From: Octopus bimaculoides
Lineage: Eukaryota
Assembly: GCF_001194135.2 (NCBI RefSeq)
Contig: NC_068989.1
Span: 4,759,632-4,823,631, forward strand
Reading direction: 5' to 3'
DNA: 64,000 bases
The notes under the pieces are model-generated. The model was given only the letters and a program-made list of their open reading frames with translations. It made no database searches and was not told where the DNA came from. The position numbers were made by a program, and so were the translations under genes. Positions 62,131 to 64,000 of this stretch are shown here, in pieces; position 1 is the stretch's first letter, and each line of letters starts with the position of its first letter.

Positions 62131-62243
62131 ATAATGAATTCAAATCCCAGTGAAGCCAACATAGCCTTTCACAGTCTTCTAAGTTAAAGAAGTACCAATC
62201 AAATACCAAAGATAATTTAATTGAATATTCCCTCTCGCCTATA

Positions 62244-62496
62244 ATCATCATCATCATCATTGTTTAACATCCGTTTTCTATGCTGGCATGGGTTGGACGG
62301 TTTGACTGAGGTCTGGAGAGCCAGCAGCTGCACCAGGCTCCAATCTAATCTGGAAATGTTTCTACAGCTGGATGCTCTTCCTAATGCCAACCACTCTGAG
62401 GGTGTAGTGGGTGTTTTTTACATGCCACCGGAACAGGAGCCAGTCAGGTGGGCCTGGCATCGATCACATTCAGATAGTGCTTTTTACATGCCACCA
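62244..62496 (-). mobile_element. Family C repeat, well-preserved copy
   Basis: ATCATCATCAT...AACATCCGTTTTCTATGCTGGCATGGGTTGGACGGTTTGAC...TTTCTACAGCTGGATGCTCTTCCTAATGCCAACCACTC. Confidence 0.88.
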
Positions 62497-63207
62497 GTAA
62501 AGATAATTGTGGCCAGGTGTTTTGTTATTTACCAGGAAGATATCTATTCTTAAAGTTTGAGTACATTTTTGGTAATTCCCCTGTTTCCATTCTCATCTCT
62601 CAGTTCAACTCATCTTCAGAGTGATTACATTTGTTTCTTTAATATTTTTCCAATTTATATTTTCGAAAGTGATAGAAAGCATATTTTGTCTTCTCTATTT
62701 CCAATTCTGTCACAGCTACATAATTACCAGGTTGCATAGTAGTTACTATTCCTGGCTCAATAGCTCTTGTATTCTTTGTATTGTTTGAACCACTTCCATA
62801 GTGGCAGTCTTTGTACCATTTCTTTTGTGTCAATCTCACACTCTGTATATCTGTATATAGATCAGGAATATGTAATTCTTAACACTAATTATATTAGTTA
62901 GATATATTGATGCATTCATATAAATTCTTTTATTGTATCAGTCATACACTGTGGCCATACTGGAGCACTACCTATCAAAAAAAAAAAAGCACTGATGAAA
63001 CAAAATAATATATTTTGATTCTGTGTTGCTGTTTGACTTTGAAGAAATAAGTTGAATTACCTTCAGATCCCCTCTCTTTCTCTCTCTCTCCCCCTCTCTC
63101 TCTCCCTCCCCCCTCTCTCTCTCTCTCTTTGTGTGTTTGATAAGTTTATTAAGTATCAATGTACAAAGCTCTCGGCCCTTGAGTCACTCAGTAACTGCTG
63201 ATTATTA

Positions 63208-63332
63208 GGTACACACACATATACATACACACACACACCCACACATATACATACACACACACACCCACACATATACATACACACACACACCCACACATAC
63301 ACACACACACACACACATATACATACACACAC
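63208..63332. repeat. CA-rich minisatellite (~26-bp unit ACACACACACACCCACACATATACAT)
   Basis: Three to four higher-order units visible. Confidence 0.8.
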
Positions 63333-63819
63333 ATTGTGAATACTGAAGGGTTAAAGTGTACATTTCCAGGAGTGGAAGGGTAAATAGCTAAGTAAAAGAC
63401 AAGGGCAATTCCAGATGATCGGGAGGAGGGCTGCTCTGAATAACAGGTAATACAAGCCTTGGGTTTTGATATGGGGCTGGTGTGGGATGGTGGGGAGAAG
63501 AAAAGTGAAAAAGCACAGTACCCACGTGGGTGAGAGTGAGAGGGTGGGTGGATAAAAAGTACCTAAGAGAGCTAATTGTGAAATCCAACTCTAATATCAT
63601 AGCCATATTCATGTTTTGCATGGAATGGTGAATTAGTGAGATTTGTGTGTGTGTGCATGCATGCACACACGCATACACACACACTTTATTTTACTGTTTT
63701 CTATCCAGGGAAGTAGGAGGGGAAGTTGTTTGCCAACCAGACAGACTAAGGAAAATTATATTACATTTGAGTAAGAGACATAGAACAAATGTAATGGTAA
63801 GATTTGAACTCATGAATGG

Positions 63820-63990
63820 GTGTGGCTGTGTGGGTAAGAAGTTACTTCCCAACCATGTGGTCTTGGGTTCAGTCCCACTGCATAACACCTTGGGCAAGTG
63901 GCTTCTACTATAGTATTGGGCCAACCAAGGCCTTGTGAGTGAATTTAGTAGATAGAAACTGAAAGAAACTGTTATGTGTGTGTGGTGTAC
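63820..63990 (+). mobile_element. SINE-B head
   Basis: GGCTGTGTGGGTAAGAAGTTACTTCCCAACCATGTGGTCTTGGGTTCAGTCCCACTGCATAACACCTTGGGCAAGTGGCTTCTACTATAG. Confidence 0.88.
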
Positions 63991-64000
63991 TCTTGCTTAG

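Noticed and set aside
62639-62839. 66-aa minus-strand ORF with protein-like composition (KKWYKDCHYGSG...)
   Set aside because: No recognisable motif, splice signals or continuation; left unresolved rather than called.
2453-63924. The many 60-160 aa ORFs rich in CV/TH/YI/ER/LS/II/MM runs
   Set aside because: They are translations of (CA)n, (TA)n, (GA)n, (CAT)n and SINE sequence, with no domain motifs and no exon structure.

Overview
This is AT-rich, microsatellite-saturated eukaryotic DNA with six assembly gaps. The interspersed repeat families closely resemble those I recall from Octopus (coleoid cephalopod) genomes; this is an inference, not a database result. No complete protein-coding gene, rRNA, tRNA gene or CRISPR array is present. 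Almost every ORF in the supplied track is a translation of microsatellite, low-complexity or N-gap sequence. The recognisable coding material is all transposon fossil: a mariner transposase (1-700, -), a CR1/L2-type LINE endonuclease (37400-38100, -), a pogo/Tigger transposase C-terminus (42576-43079, +), RTE LINE pieces (34960-35390 and 53985-54210, -) and a LINE 3' end (24340-24640, +). Dozens of SINE copies from about five families and two Helentron/HINE-like elements are also present. The window most plausibly lies inside a very long + strand intron or 5' region of a large gene. The best leads are: (1) a consensus recursive-splice-site motif (polypyrimidine-CAG|GTAAGT) with a 28-nt cryptic RS-exon carrying stops in all three frames at 4561-4627; (2) an RFX X-box promoter-like island ending in an ATG|GTGAGT donor at 23020-23230, plus several other candidate short alternative first exons; (3) two hammerhead-ribozyme-like motifs at 52677-52736 and 53084-53118 in or next to a Penelope-like repeat; (4) a ~290-bp foldback (34665-34952) and several close inverted SINE pairs that could form dsRNA substrates for A-to-I editing. 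All exon and promoter calls are motif-based candidates that need RNA-seq.
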